A DNA stretch of 46,739 nucleotides from IMG/VR virus record IMGVR_UViG_3300002132_000029, one strand, 5' to 3'. A model generated the notes under the pieces. That model saw only the letters and a list, made by a program, of their open reading frames with translations, had not been told where the DNA came from and ran no database searches. Both the position numbers and the translations under genes were made by a program. Source of the stretch: a virus. Shown here piece after piece: positions 1-8,600 of the stretch; within the stretch, counting starts at the first letter, position 1; each line of letters starts with the position of its first letter.

Positions 1-359
1 TTCAGCACACACTCGCTGAACCTAACTAAAGATCGTGTAACTGGCACAGACATTCAGGCTGACCGTATGCCTCGTGTTGACCGTCATGGTAACCGTCAAG
101 TTGCTGGTGACATCGTAGCTGACCTTCGTAAGGGCGACTATGATCCCTTCCTTGAAGCTGCTATGCTTAGTGCTTGGTCAACAAACGTTCTTAAAGTTGG
201 TACAACACCAAAGTTCTTCTCGCTAGAAGACTACGCTGCTGATATCGACCAAGCTCGTTTGTTCACAGGTATGACAGTTTCTACTATGGGTATCTCTCTT
301 GCCCCTAACCAGATGGTAACGACTACCTTTGGTATGGTTGGTAAAGATATGACCATCGG
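1..359. repeat. Left copy of exact 359-bp terminal duplication (identical to 46381..46739)
   Basis: Compared line by line: all 359 bases identical. The repeat lies within a coding frame, so it is most likely an assembly overlap of a circular or circularly permuted genome. Confidence 0.95.
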
Positions 360-819
360 TCAAACAGAGAAGACGCAAGATGCTTCCAGCACCAATGCTC
401 CATTTGATGCCTACTCAGGTGACATTGCTATCGGTAACGTAGCTTCAAGCTCCGCCATTGCAATCGTAACTGCACTTGACTTCTCTATTAACAACTCTTA
501 TGCTGCAACATTTGTTATTGGTAATGATAGCGCACCATCTCTTGAGTATGGCCAAGCTGTTGTTGAAGGCACTATCTCAGCCTACTTTGAAGATGCGTCT
601 CTAATCACTCGCTTTATTAGTGAAGTTGAGAGTGAGTTGGAAGTGTCGGTTGACGATCCTACTGGAGCCAACCCTTACACATTCTTATTCCCACGTATTA
701 AAATCAACGGTGCTGACGTTGGTGTATCTGGCCAAGAGAGCCGTGTCATCACTCTACCATTTGTTGCCCTCTACGACACTACAGAGACAAGCAACTTGGT
801 AATCACTCGCACCGCTTAA
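1..819 (+). CDS. Major tail (tube) protein, C-terminal 272 codons; the N-terminal part is 46288..46739 (one gene split by the permutation, about 303 aa in total)
   Basis: The frame is open from base 1 to TAA 817-819 and is in frame with ATG 46288 through the terminal repeat. It lies between the tail-terminator-like gene and the chaperone/tape-measure genes, and a strong stem-loop follows it. Confidence 0.75.
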   Translation, partial: FSTHSLNLTKDRVTGTDIQADRMPRVDRHGNRQVAGDIVADLRKGDYDPFLEAAMLSAWSTNVLKVGTTPKFFSLEDYAADIDQARLFTGMTVSTMGISLAPNQMVTTTFGMVGKDMTIGQTEKTQDASSTNAPFDAYSGDIAIGNVASSSAIAIVTALDFSINNSYAATFVIGNDSAPSLEYGQAVVEGTISAYFEDASLITRFISEVESELEVSVDDPTGANPYTFLFPRIKINGADVGVSGQESRVITLPFVALYDTTETSNLVITRTA

Positions 820-847
820 TCCCAACCGCATACTAGCGCAAGGGTAG

Positions 848-898
848 GGTAGGTAGGATTGTCGGGGTTCTACCTACCTGATTATATTAACCCGACAA
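848..898 (+). promoter_or_regulatory. Nested inverted repeats downstream of the tail tube gene (stem-loop, possible H-type pseudoknot or attenuator)
   Basis: GGTAGGTAG 848-856 pairs with CTACCTACC 870-878. TTGTCGGG 859-866, inside that loop, pairs with CCCGACAA 891-898. AACCCGACA recurs at 913-921, abutting the next start codon. Confidence 0.45.
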
Positions 899-920
899 AT
901 ACACACATAAGGAACCCGAC

Positions 921-1319
921 ATGGACTTAATGGACTTAAAACCGACTAGTGACACTGTAGATGTTTTGCTCAAGCATCCCACCACATCTGAGCCTCTCAC
1001 AAATGAAGATGGCTCTACTATGGTTATCACTGTTTATGCACCCCACTCTAAAGAATACAAGAGTGTGATCCATGAACAAGCTAATAAACGTATTAAACGA
1101 TCTCAGTCTAAAAAGAAGATTGAGTTTACATCAGAAGACTTGGAAGAAGCCACACTTGACCTGTTAGCAAAAGCCACTAAGTCGTGGAAAATTACTTACG
1201 GTGGTGTAAAGCCTCAATTCACGGCTTCTAAAGCTAAAGAAGTCTATGCAGAAGTTTTTTGGATTAAGGACCAAATTGAGGAGGCTGTTGCTGACTCTCT
1301 GGATTTTACCAAGCCCTGA
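921..1319 (+). CDS. Tail assembly chaperone (lambda gpG-like position)
   Basis: 132-aa acidic/basic protein between the tube gene and the tape measure. An open -1 frame overlaps its 3' end. Confidence 0.6.
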   Translation: MDLMDLKPTSDTVDVLLKHPTTSEPLTNEDGSTMVITVYAPHSKEYKSVIHEQANKRIKRSQSKKKIEFTSEDLEEATLDLLAKATKSWKITYGGVKPQFTASKAKEVYAEVFWIKDQIEEAVADSLDFTKP

Positions 1320-1660
1320 TCGAAGAGTTAGTAGAGTTTGCTGAATTTAACTTCAAGCTCAACATCCCCGATCAAAACGGCACTACGCAACGAGATCATT
1401 TAGAACAAGTTGAAAGGCAGACTGGACGAAGACCAACAGCATTAGAAGGCCCCGACTTTCCATTGCTAGTGTCCCACATCTGGTCTGCCTTTATTTTATT
1501 GAGCAATACCAGAAGTGCTGGTTTCAGTGGGCCTAATCCCATATCGTATGCAGAAATAAAGACATGGAAAGAACTTACAGAGACACCGCTAGATGCCCGT
1601 GAGGTTGAAGCTATCAAAAGTCTTGATCAAGTTTATATGAGGGTTATGAATGGCCGATGA
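1304..1660 (+). CDS. -1 frame extension of the chaperone (gpT-like part of a G-T fusion made by programmed frameshifting)
   Basis: The -1 frame is open from 1295 to TGA 1658-1660 and has no ATG until far downstream. A U-tract at 1304-1307 (GGA UUU UAC) allows P-site slippage. The sequence PLLVSHIWSAF...GPNPISYAEIKTWKELTETPLDAREVEAIKSLD resembles the conserved T-type chaperone module. The end overlaps the tape-measure start. Confidence 0.5.
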   Translation, partial: FYQALIEELVEFAEFNFKLNIPDQNGTTQRDHLEQVERQTGRRPTALEGPDFPLLVSHIWSAFILLSNTRSAGFSGPNPISYAEIKTWKELTETPLDAREVEAIKSLDQVYMRVMNGR

Positions 1661-4064
1661 TCTAATAAAAGTTACTCTTAGCATGGAGAGTGAAGACGTT
1701 GTTAGGACACTTAAGAACGTCGAAAAGCTAGAGAGAGAGATTGGAAGTCTACAAGCTGGTTATGCTAAACTTAAGCAGTTTCAGGCTTCTGGTAACCTGA
1801 CTCAAAAAGAGTATGCCAGAGGCGTGGCTGAGGTAGACTCAAAAATTGGACACTTAACTAAGGTGTTGTCCAGTGGCGGTGCGGCTATTAATAAACACGC
1901 CACCTATATGACCCAAGCCAAGAACAAGATGAGCAAGTATGGCATGGTCAGCCAACAAGTTGGTTATCAAGTAGGTGACTTCTTTGTTCAGATTCAATCT
2001 GGGCAGAATAAAATGGTAGCATTCACGCAGCAAGCCACTCAACTTGCAGGATTAATTCCTGGAATCGGTGGTGCTGTTGTTGGTATCAGTTTGTCACTTG
2101 TAGGCTTTATCTACCAGCTTAATAAGACAAAGGGTTCTACGGAAGAAGTCACAAAAGCCTTTGATAAGGTTGCTGACTCCTTAAAGGACTTGAAAGATGT
2201 TAGTAAAGACTTTGATGATGCCCTAGAGCTTCCCGCAACAAAAGGTAACATTGCTTTACAAGATTACTTAAAGACATTAAAGAATGTAAAGAATGCTTCT
2301 GCACAGTCTGCATTTTCAGATGCATTAAAAGACACTTTCGCTGGTTATGTTGATGAAGCTGCTAATCTCAACAAGAAACTAAGTGCAAGAGTCGGCGCTG
2401 GCCGTAATCCTAACGGAGGTAGGCTGGTAGTTACTGGTCAAGAACGTGCAGACATGGAAGAGCGTTTAGCCTCCGCAGTAGAACTACACAACGAGTTCAA
2501 GAAGATTGCTACAGGCCCTATAGACCAAATGACTAAGAAGGCCATAGAGCTTGAAAGTACCTTCCGTAATAGTGGTAGATTAACTAAAGGACTGCAAGAT
2601 ACCTTCTTTAGCTTGCTTGAAACAAGTGGCTTACGTGCTGAGTATGAAGCGCAGATTACAGCCCAGTATGAAAAGCAGTTAGCTTTCCTAGATAAAGTAA
2701 ATGCCACCGAAAAGGCTCTAGCAGATACAGAAGCCCAAAGGTTGGTTGATGTCGGTAAAATGATAGACGACCTTGATAAACAAAATGCTTTAATTCAAGT
2801 GGCATTAGACAAGGGCGTTCAGTCTCAACAGTATGCTGATGCAAAAGCTAAGTCTGAAAGAGACGCTTATCTTGCTCAACAACAGAGTTATGGAACAAGC
2901 GCAGATCAGCTTAAAATCTTAATGGAGTCATACGACACACACGTGGCACAAAAAACTGCGCTTGAGAATATTACAGAAGAATACAGAAAGATTGAGGGCT
3001 TAGTAAAAAGCATTAACTCTGAAGTCAGCAGCATGGGCCTATCCAACGCTGGACTAGAGGCCCAATTAGCTGCACTACAGGCAGGGGCTGGAACTGGTGA
3101 ATCAAAGATAGCTGGTCAAATACGTGCTAAAGCCTTTGAACTTGCCCCCGCTATGAATAATACCGATGAAACTATTAGCGCAGAAGCCACAGCGGCTTTT
3201 AACCAGTACGTCTTACTCCTTAATGAAAGACTTACACTAGAGCAAGCTATTCAGGTTGAACTTGATAAAAGAAAAGCCAAGCCAAAGGGCAAACAAGATG
3301 CTCTTGCAGCCGCTTGGGAAGAGTTGGCATTACAGAGAGCAATACTTGGTGCTGAAGGCGCAAGACGGGCTGGCATAGAACTTCTAGGTAAGACTTATGT
3401 CAACTACTCCGACAAGCAAATAGAGTTGCTAGGTAAGGAAAAGGAAGCAGTAGATAAGATTATTGCTGCTGAAAGACAGAGACAGCAAATAGCTGATTTT
3501 GTTGGGCAACAGATGGAAAATGCCTTTATGTCAATTGTTGATGGAACTTCAACAGTAGAAGACGCATTTAAAAATATGGCATCTATGATCATTCAAGAAC
3601 TTTATCGTATTCTTGTTGTACAACAAATGGTAAATGCTGCAACAACTGCCATGAAGGTTGCTGGTTGGCTTGGTGATGGTGGTGCATTCTCAGGTGGTAG
3701 CCAACTTCCAAACGCTAATGGTAATGGCTTCTCTGGTGGTAATGTCATCCCATTCGCATCTGGTGGGGTCGTAGGCTCTCCAACTACCTTCGGTATGTCA
3801 GGTGGAAGAACTGGTCTTATGGGTGAAGCAGGGCCTGAAGCTATCATGCCACTACAACGTGGTCCTAACGGTAAACTTGGTGTTACTGTTAATGGTGGTG
3901 ATGGCGGTGGTGTTACTGTAAACCAAGTAATCAATATTTCCACTGGGGTACAACAAACAGTTCGTGCTGAAATTAAATCAATGATGCCACAAATAGCTGA
4001 TAATGCTAAAGCAGCAGTGCTTGATGCTAAACGGCGTGGCGGGTCTTATGGCGGGGCGTTCTAA
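1650..4064 (+). CDS. Tape measure protein
   Basis: 804 aa, long helical Ala/Gln/Lys/Glu-rich regions and a hydrophobic segment. The Gly-rich C-terminus contains GLMGEAGPEAIMPL. Canonical position after the G/GT chaperones. Confidence 0.9.
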   Translation: MADDLIKVTLSMESEDVVRTLKNVEKLEREIGSLQAGYAKLKQFQASGNLTQKEYARGVAEVDSKIGHLTKVLSSGGAAINKHATYMTQAKNKMSKYGMVSQQVGYQVGDFFVQIQSGQNKMVAFTQQATQLAGLIPGIGGAVVGISLSLVGFIYQLNKTKGSTEEVTKAFDKVADSLKDLKDVSKDFDDALELPATKGNIALQDYLKTLKNVKNASAQSAFSDALKDTFAGYVDEAANLNKKLSARVGAGRNPNGGRLVVTGQERADMEERLASAVELHNEFKKIATGPIDQMTKKAIELESTFRNSGRLTKGLQDTFFSLLETSGLRAEYEAQITAQYEKQLAFLDKVNATEKALADTEAQRLVDVGKMIDDLDKQNALIQVALDKGVQSQQYADAKAKSERDAYLAQQQSYGTSADQLKILMESYDTHVAQKTALENITEEYRKIEGLVKSINSEVSSMGLSNAGLEAQLAALQAGAGTGESKIAGQIRAKAFELAPAMNNTDETISAEATAAFNQYVLLLNERLTLEQAIQVELDKRKAKPKGKQDALAAAWEELALQRAILGAEGARRAGIELLGKTYVNYSDKQIELLGKEKEAVDKIIAAERQRQQIADFVGQQMENAFMSIVDGTSTVEDAFKNMASMIIQELYRILVVQQMVNAATTAMKVAGWLGDGGAFSGGSQLPNANGNGFSGGNVIPFASGGVVGSPTTFGMSGGRTGLMGEAGPEAIMPLQRGPNGKLGVTVNGGDGGGVTVNQVINISTGVQQTVRAEIKSMMPQIADNAKAAVLDAKRRGGSYGGAF

Positions 4065-4684
4065 TGGCAATATCCTATCCTTTATCAATGCCCACTAACT
4101 TTGGTATGTCTAAGATTGAACTACGGGCTATCAATGCTGTTGCTTATAGCCAATCACCATTTACCTTTGCTGGACAAGTTCACGCTTATGCTGGTCAGAC
4201 ATGGCAAGCTGATATCACACTACCAAATATGAAGAGAGACTATGCAGAAGAGTGGGTAGCCTTCCTAGTGGCTATGAGAGGTCATTATGGGACTTTCCTA
4301 CTAGCTGACCCACTTGGTAAGGTAGCTCGTGGTACGCCCACAGGAACCCCTGTAGTAAAGGGAGCAAGTCAACTTGGCGGCACATTTACTCTAGATGGTG
4401 CTACTCCCAGTGTTACAGGTTGGTTAAAAGCTGGGGACTATATCCAATTAGGTAGCAGTTCTGGCTCACGTTTGCATAAAGTACTACTAAGTGCAGACAG
4501 TGATGGCTCTGGTAATGTAACCCTTGAGTTGTGGCCCCACATTAGAACTGCGCCAACAGATAATACTGCTGTTATAGTTAGCAATGCTAGTGGCTTATTT
4601 AGACTAGCTTCAAACGAACAGGCTTGGTCAATAAATGAAATATCTAGCTATGGTATTGCATTTGGGGCGATGGAGGTAATATGA
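4064..4684 (+). CDS. Distal tail protein (GTA g12-like position)
   Basis: ATGA-type coupling to the tape-measure stop. 206 aa. First of a four-gene set whose sizes and order mirror the Rhodobacter GTA g12-g15 module. Confidence 0.55.
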   Translation: MAISYPLSMPTNFGMSKIELRAINAVAYSQSPFTFAGQVHAYAGQTWQADITLPNMKRDYAEEWVAFLVAMRGHYGTFLLADPLGKVARGTPTGTPVVKGASQLGGTFTLDGATPSVTGWLKAGDYIQLGSSSGSRLHKVLLSADSDGSGNVTLELWPHIRTAPTDNTAVIVSNASGLFRLASNEQAWSINEISSYGIAFGAMEVI

Positions 4685-5229
4685 GCAGAACTGTTGCACT
4701 AGACATTCTAACTGCTTTATCCCAACCAGAGGTACAACCATTCTATGCTATAGAGTTTAACTTTGATACTGCACCATTGTACTTTTGGACAGGCTATGGC
4801 GACAGAGAGATTGAAGGTAATGTTTACTTTGGTACAGGTAACTTACTAACTATTGGTGGTTTAGAAGAGGCTGCTGATCTATCCGCTAAGTCTGTCACTA
4901 TCACACTTAATGGTATCTCAAGTGATATCGTAGCACTAGCCCTATCTGAGCCATATCAACGAAGGACTTGTCGTATCCTCTTTGGTGTTCAAAATGTAGA
5001 TGCCATAGTAGAAGTCTTCTCTGGTGTTATGAACACTATGACTATCCAAGATAGTGGTGAGATTAGTACTATTGAGCTACTTGTTGAAAGTAAACTGGTG
5101 GAGCTTGAAAGAGCTAAAATCCGTAGATACACACATGAAAGTCAGCAAGCACGTTATCCTAATGATTCCTTCTTTAGTTATGTGACTGCGCTGCAAGATA
5201 AGGACGTAATATGGGGACGGAAAGGGTAA
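4681..5229 (+). CDS. Tail hub / minor tail protein (GTA g13 / DUF2163-like)
   Basis: 182 aa. The pattern FYAIEFNFDTAPLYFWTGYGDREIEGNVYFGTGNLLTIGGLEE is typical of this hub family. Overlapping start. Confidence 0.55.
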   Translation: MSRTVALDILTALSQPEVQPFYAIEFNFDTAPLYFWTGYGDREIEGNVYFGTGNLLTIGGLEEAADLSAKSVTITLNGISSDIVALALSEPYQRRTCRILFGVQNVDAIVEVFSGVMNTMTIQDSGEISTIELLVESKLVELERAKIRRYTHESQQARYPNDSFFSYVTALQDKDVIWGRKG

Positions 5230-5642
5230 TAAAACAGTTAAACACTTACTTAAAAGAAGTGGCTAATATACCTTTCAAATGGGGAGAGCATGATTGTTTT
5301 ATCTTTACCAATACAGCTTTCCATCGTATGTATGGCCAAGGTTGGGCTGATGAGTGGCTAGATAATTATCTTGGTGGGGATGGTTATCCACTGAAGAAAA
5401 GTAAACTACAAGAGAAGTTTGGCTTTAATACTTTTGAAGAAGCTGCTGATACTAAGTTGATTAGGCACAAAGGTATCCCACCAAGAGGCGCTCTTGTGAC
5501 GACGACAACAGATGTGTCCCGTAAGTGGTACATTGGTGCAGCTATGGGACTTTCTGTAGGATCAAGTGCTGCCTTCTTGTCCACTGAGGGTGTTGTATAC
5601 CTACCAATTGAAATTATAAATAACGCTTGGGTGATAAAATGA
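5211..5642 (+). CDS. Tail-associated NlpC/P60-like peptidase (GTA g14-like)
   Basis: 143 aa. WGEHDCFIF Cys motif near the N-terminus. Sits between the hub gene and the J-like gene. Confidence 0.5.
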   Translation: MGTERVIKQLNTYLKEVANIPFKWGEHDCFIFTNTAFHRMYGQGWADEWLDNYLGGDGYPLKKSKLQEKFGFNTFEEAADTKLIRHKGIPPRGALVTTTTDVSRKWYIGAAMGLSVGSSAAFLSTEGVVYLPIEIINNAWVIK

Positions 5643-8600
5643 CTCCTCTAAAGAAACTTCTTACAGGCACAACGTCATTAAGCCACCCACAAAACATTAC
5701 CCGTATGCCTCAAGTTATTATTCCGCTACTTGTTACTGCTGGTATGACAACCTTTTGGGCAACTGTTACTTATTATGTTGCAGCAACACTGGTCACATCT
5801 TGGGCATTAAACGCCTTAACACCCTCCATCCCATCTGGTAGTGGTATGCAAGGTCTTCTGGCTAATGCTAGAAGTCCGCTTGCCCCACATGAGTACGTTT
5901 ATGGTCAAGTTCGTAAGGGTGGAGCAAACACTTACCTTGAAGCTACAGGTGATGAAAACAAGTTTCTACATATGATTATTACCTTAGCTGGGCATGAACT
6001 GGATGGTATTGATAGCATCTACATTAACGATGAAATTGTAACCCTTGATGGAAATGGTTTTGTTACAACTGGTGGTTGGGCTGAGAATGGCCTTAAAGTT
6101 CGCATCAAGAAACACCTTGGTGCAGCAGATCAAACTGTAGACACAGACCTATTAGCCGAGAGCAATCAGATCACCTCCGACTTTAAGGGTCAGGGTATTG
6201 CGTACTTATATGTACGTCTTGAGTATGACCAAGATGTGTTTGCTAATGGTATCCCACTATTTACAGCTATGGTTCGTGGTAAGAAGGTTGGCGACCCTCG
6301 TACAGAGCAAGTAAACTACAGTAATAATGCAGCTTTGTGTATTCGTGATTACCTACGTTCAAACTACGGTTTAGCTGATACTTCAACGGATGATACTATC
6401 TTTACTGTTGCAGCTAACGTCTGTGATGAAAACATAGGTCTAGTTGAAAGTGGCACAGAGAAACGATATGCCATGAATGGTGTAATATCTGCTGACACCC
6501 CTGTCGGAAGTGTTCTACAGAGTATGACTACATCATGTGCGGGTATGTTATTCTGGGGTCAAGGTAATTGGCAGCTTAAAGTTGGCTACTACACAGCACC
6601 TGTAAAGAACTTTACGCTTGATGACTTGCGTGGGCCTATTACCCTGCAAACAAGAACGAGTATGCGTGATATTTTCAACGTAGTACGTGGTACATTTAAT
6701 GACGCTGGACAAGACTATATTACTGCTGATTACCCACAGATTGCTAGTGCTACTTTCCTTGCAGAAGATAATGGTGTAGAGACTGCACTTGACTTTGAGT
6801 TGCCTTTTACAACTTCAGCAGCTACAGCACAGCGTATAGCTAAACTTACCCTATTCCGTGGTCGTGAACAAATGACCTTTTCAGCAGACTTTGGTCTAGC
6901 TGCTTTCGGTGTACAGGTTGGCGATATTGTCTCCTTGACAAACGAGCGTTATGGTTGGACAAATAAAGAGTTTGAAATTATTGGTTGGAGGTTCTCTGCC
7001 TCTGATCAAGCTGGTGATCTACGGATTAATCTTACGCTGCATGAGACTAGTGATACTGCATTTGATTGGAATGCGGAAGAAACTGATATCATCTCTAATA
7101 ATTCTACTCTACCTAATTTCACCTCTGTTGATCCCCCAACCAACTTACTGCTTACAGCAACAACAGTCTTGAATGATGATGGTATTGCTATTCCAGCTAT
7201 TCGTGCTACTTGGGATGCCTCCCCAAATCAGTTTGTTCAGTTTTATGAAATACAATACAAACGTCTTGGTGGTGAAGAAGACTACGGCCCAGTTGACGAG
7301 ACCTACACTGCCGAAGAAGAGTGGGGTTTAATTTCTAATCCTGATGATAGTGAAGAAGATTGGGGTCTTACAAGTGAGACTATTCAATCTCCTGACCCAC
7401 AGTACACATCTGTTATTGGCACAACAACTAACTATGTAATTCAACCTGTTCTAAATGGGTACTTGTATGACGTAAAAGTACGTGCTATTAGTGCGCTTGG
7501 TGTTCGTTCACCATTTACGACTGGTGCTTTGGCCTCACAAGGTGACACTATTCCACCTTCGACACCATCAGGACTTTCTGCTGTTGGTACAAGCAAAGCT
7601 ATTACAATCTCTTGGACTAATCCACCAGACCTTGACCTATCCTATGTTGAAGTGTGGGAAAACGGAAGTAATAACCTAAGCACTGCGATACTTGTTGGTA
7701 AATCCTCTAGTACCAATTTCTATCGGCCCAACCTAGCTAACAACTCACAGAAGTATTATTGGGTTCGTGCCGTTGACTTCTCTGAAAATAAGTCTCCATT
7801 TACTACGTCTGTAACTGCAACAACCTTGTTAATCACCCCGAATGACTTTAATGATGCTGTGAATGCGTTGTTTGGTGAAGCTGGTGCTTATGGTATTGAA
7901 CCTGTAGCAGCACTACCAACAACAGGTGCATTTGATGGTAAACTTGTTTTGTTGTTACCTGACATTACAATTTATCGTTGGGACGAAGCAACCTCTTCTT
8001 GGTCAGACCAAATCTTTACAGCATCATCTGTTGAGGCTGGATCACTAACATATACGTCCTTTGCTTCTGGTATTGAACCAGTCGGTGTTGTTGATAGTCT
8101 ACCTACTGTTGCTGGGTATGAAGGCCCAATTATTGTGGTCTTAACAACAGATGGTAAACTCTATCGTTTAGTTGATGGCGAATGGACGGCTGCTGTAAAT
8201 ACAGATGACATTGACGGACAACTTGGTGCAAACCTCTTTTCAAATGGATTGCGTCCTGTTGAGGTTGTTGCGGCTCTACCAACTATTGACCTTTACCAAG
8301 GTCGGATTGTTATGCTTACAACCGACAATAAGATGTATCGTTACACAGGTTCAGCTTGGACCTCTGCTATTCCTACAACAGACTTAACTGGTCAGATAGA
8401 GACCGCACAGATTGCTGATACAGCCATAACAGCGGGTAAGATTGGTGCTGCTGCTGTTACTACAGCTAAAATTGCTAATGAAGCTGTTACTAATGCCCTA
8501 ATTGCTGTTAACGCAATAGATAACACCAAGATTGCTGATGCAGCTATTACGGCTGGTAAGATTGGCAGTGATGCGGTAACTACAGCCAAAATCGCTGCTG

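Noticed and set aside
3602-3943. 113-aa antisense ORF in the tape measure gene
   Set aside because: It is Pro-rich low-complexity sequence generated by the complement of the Gly-rich (GGT) C-terminal region. No start context.
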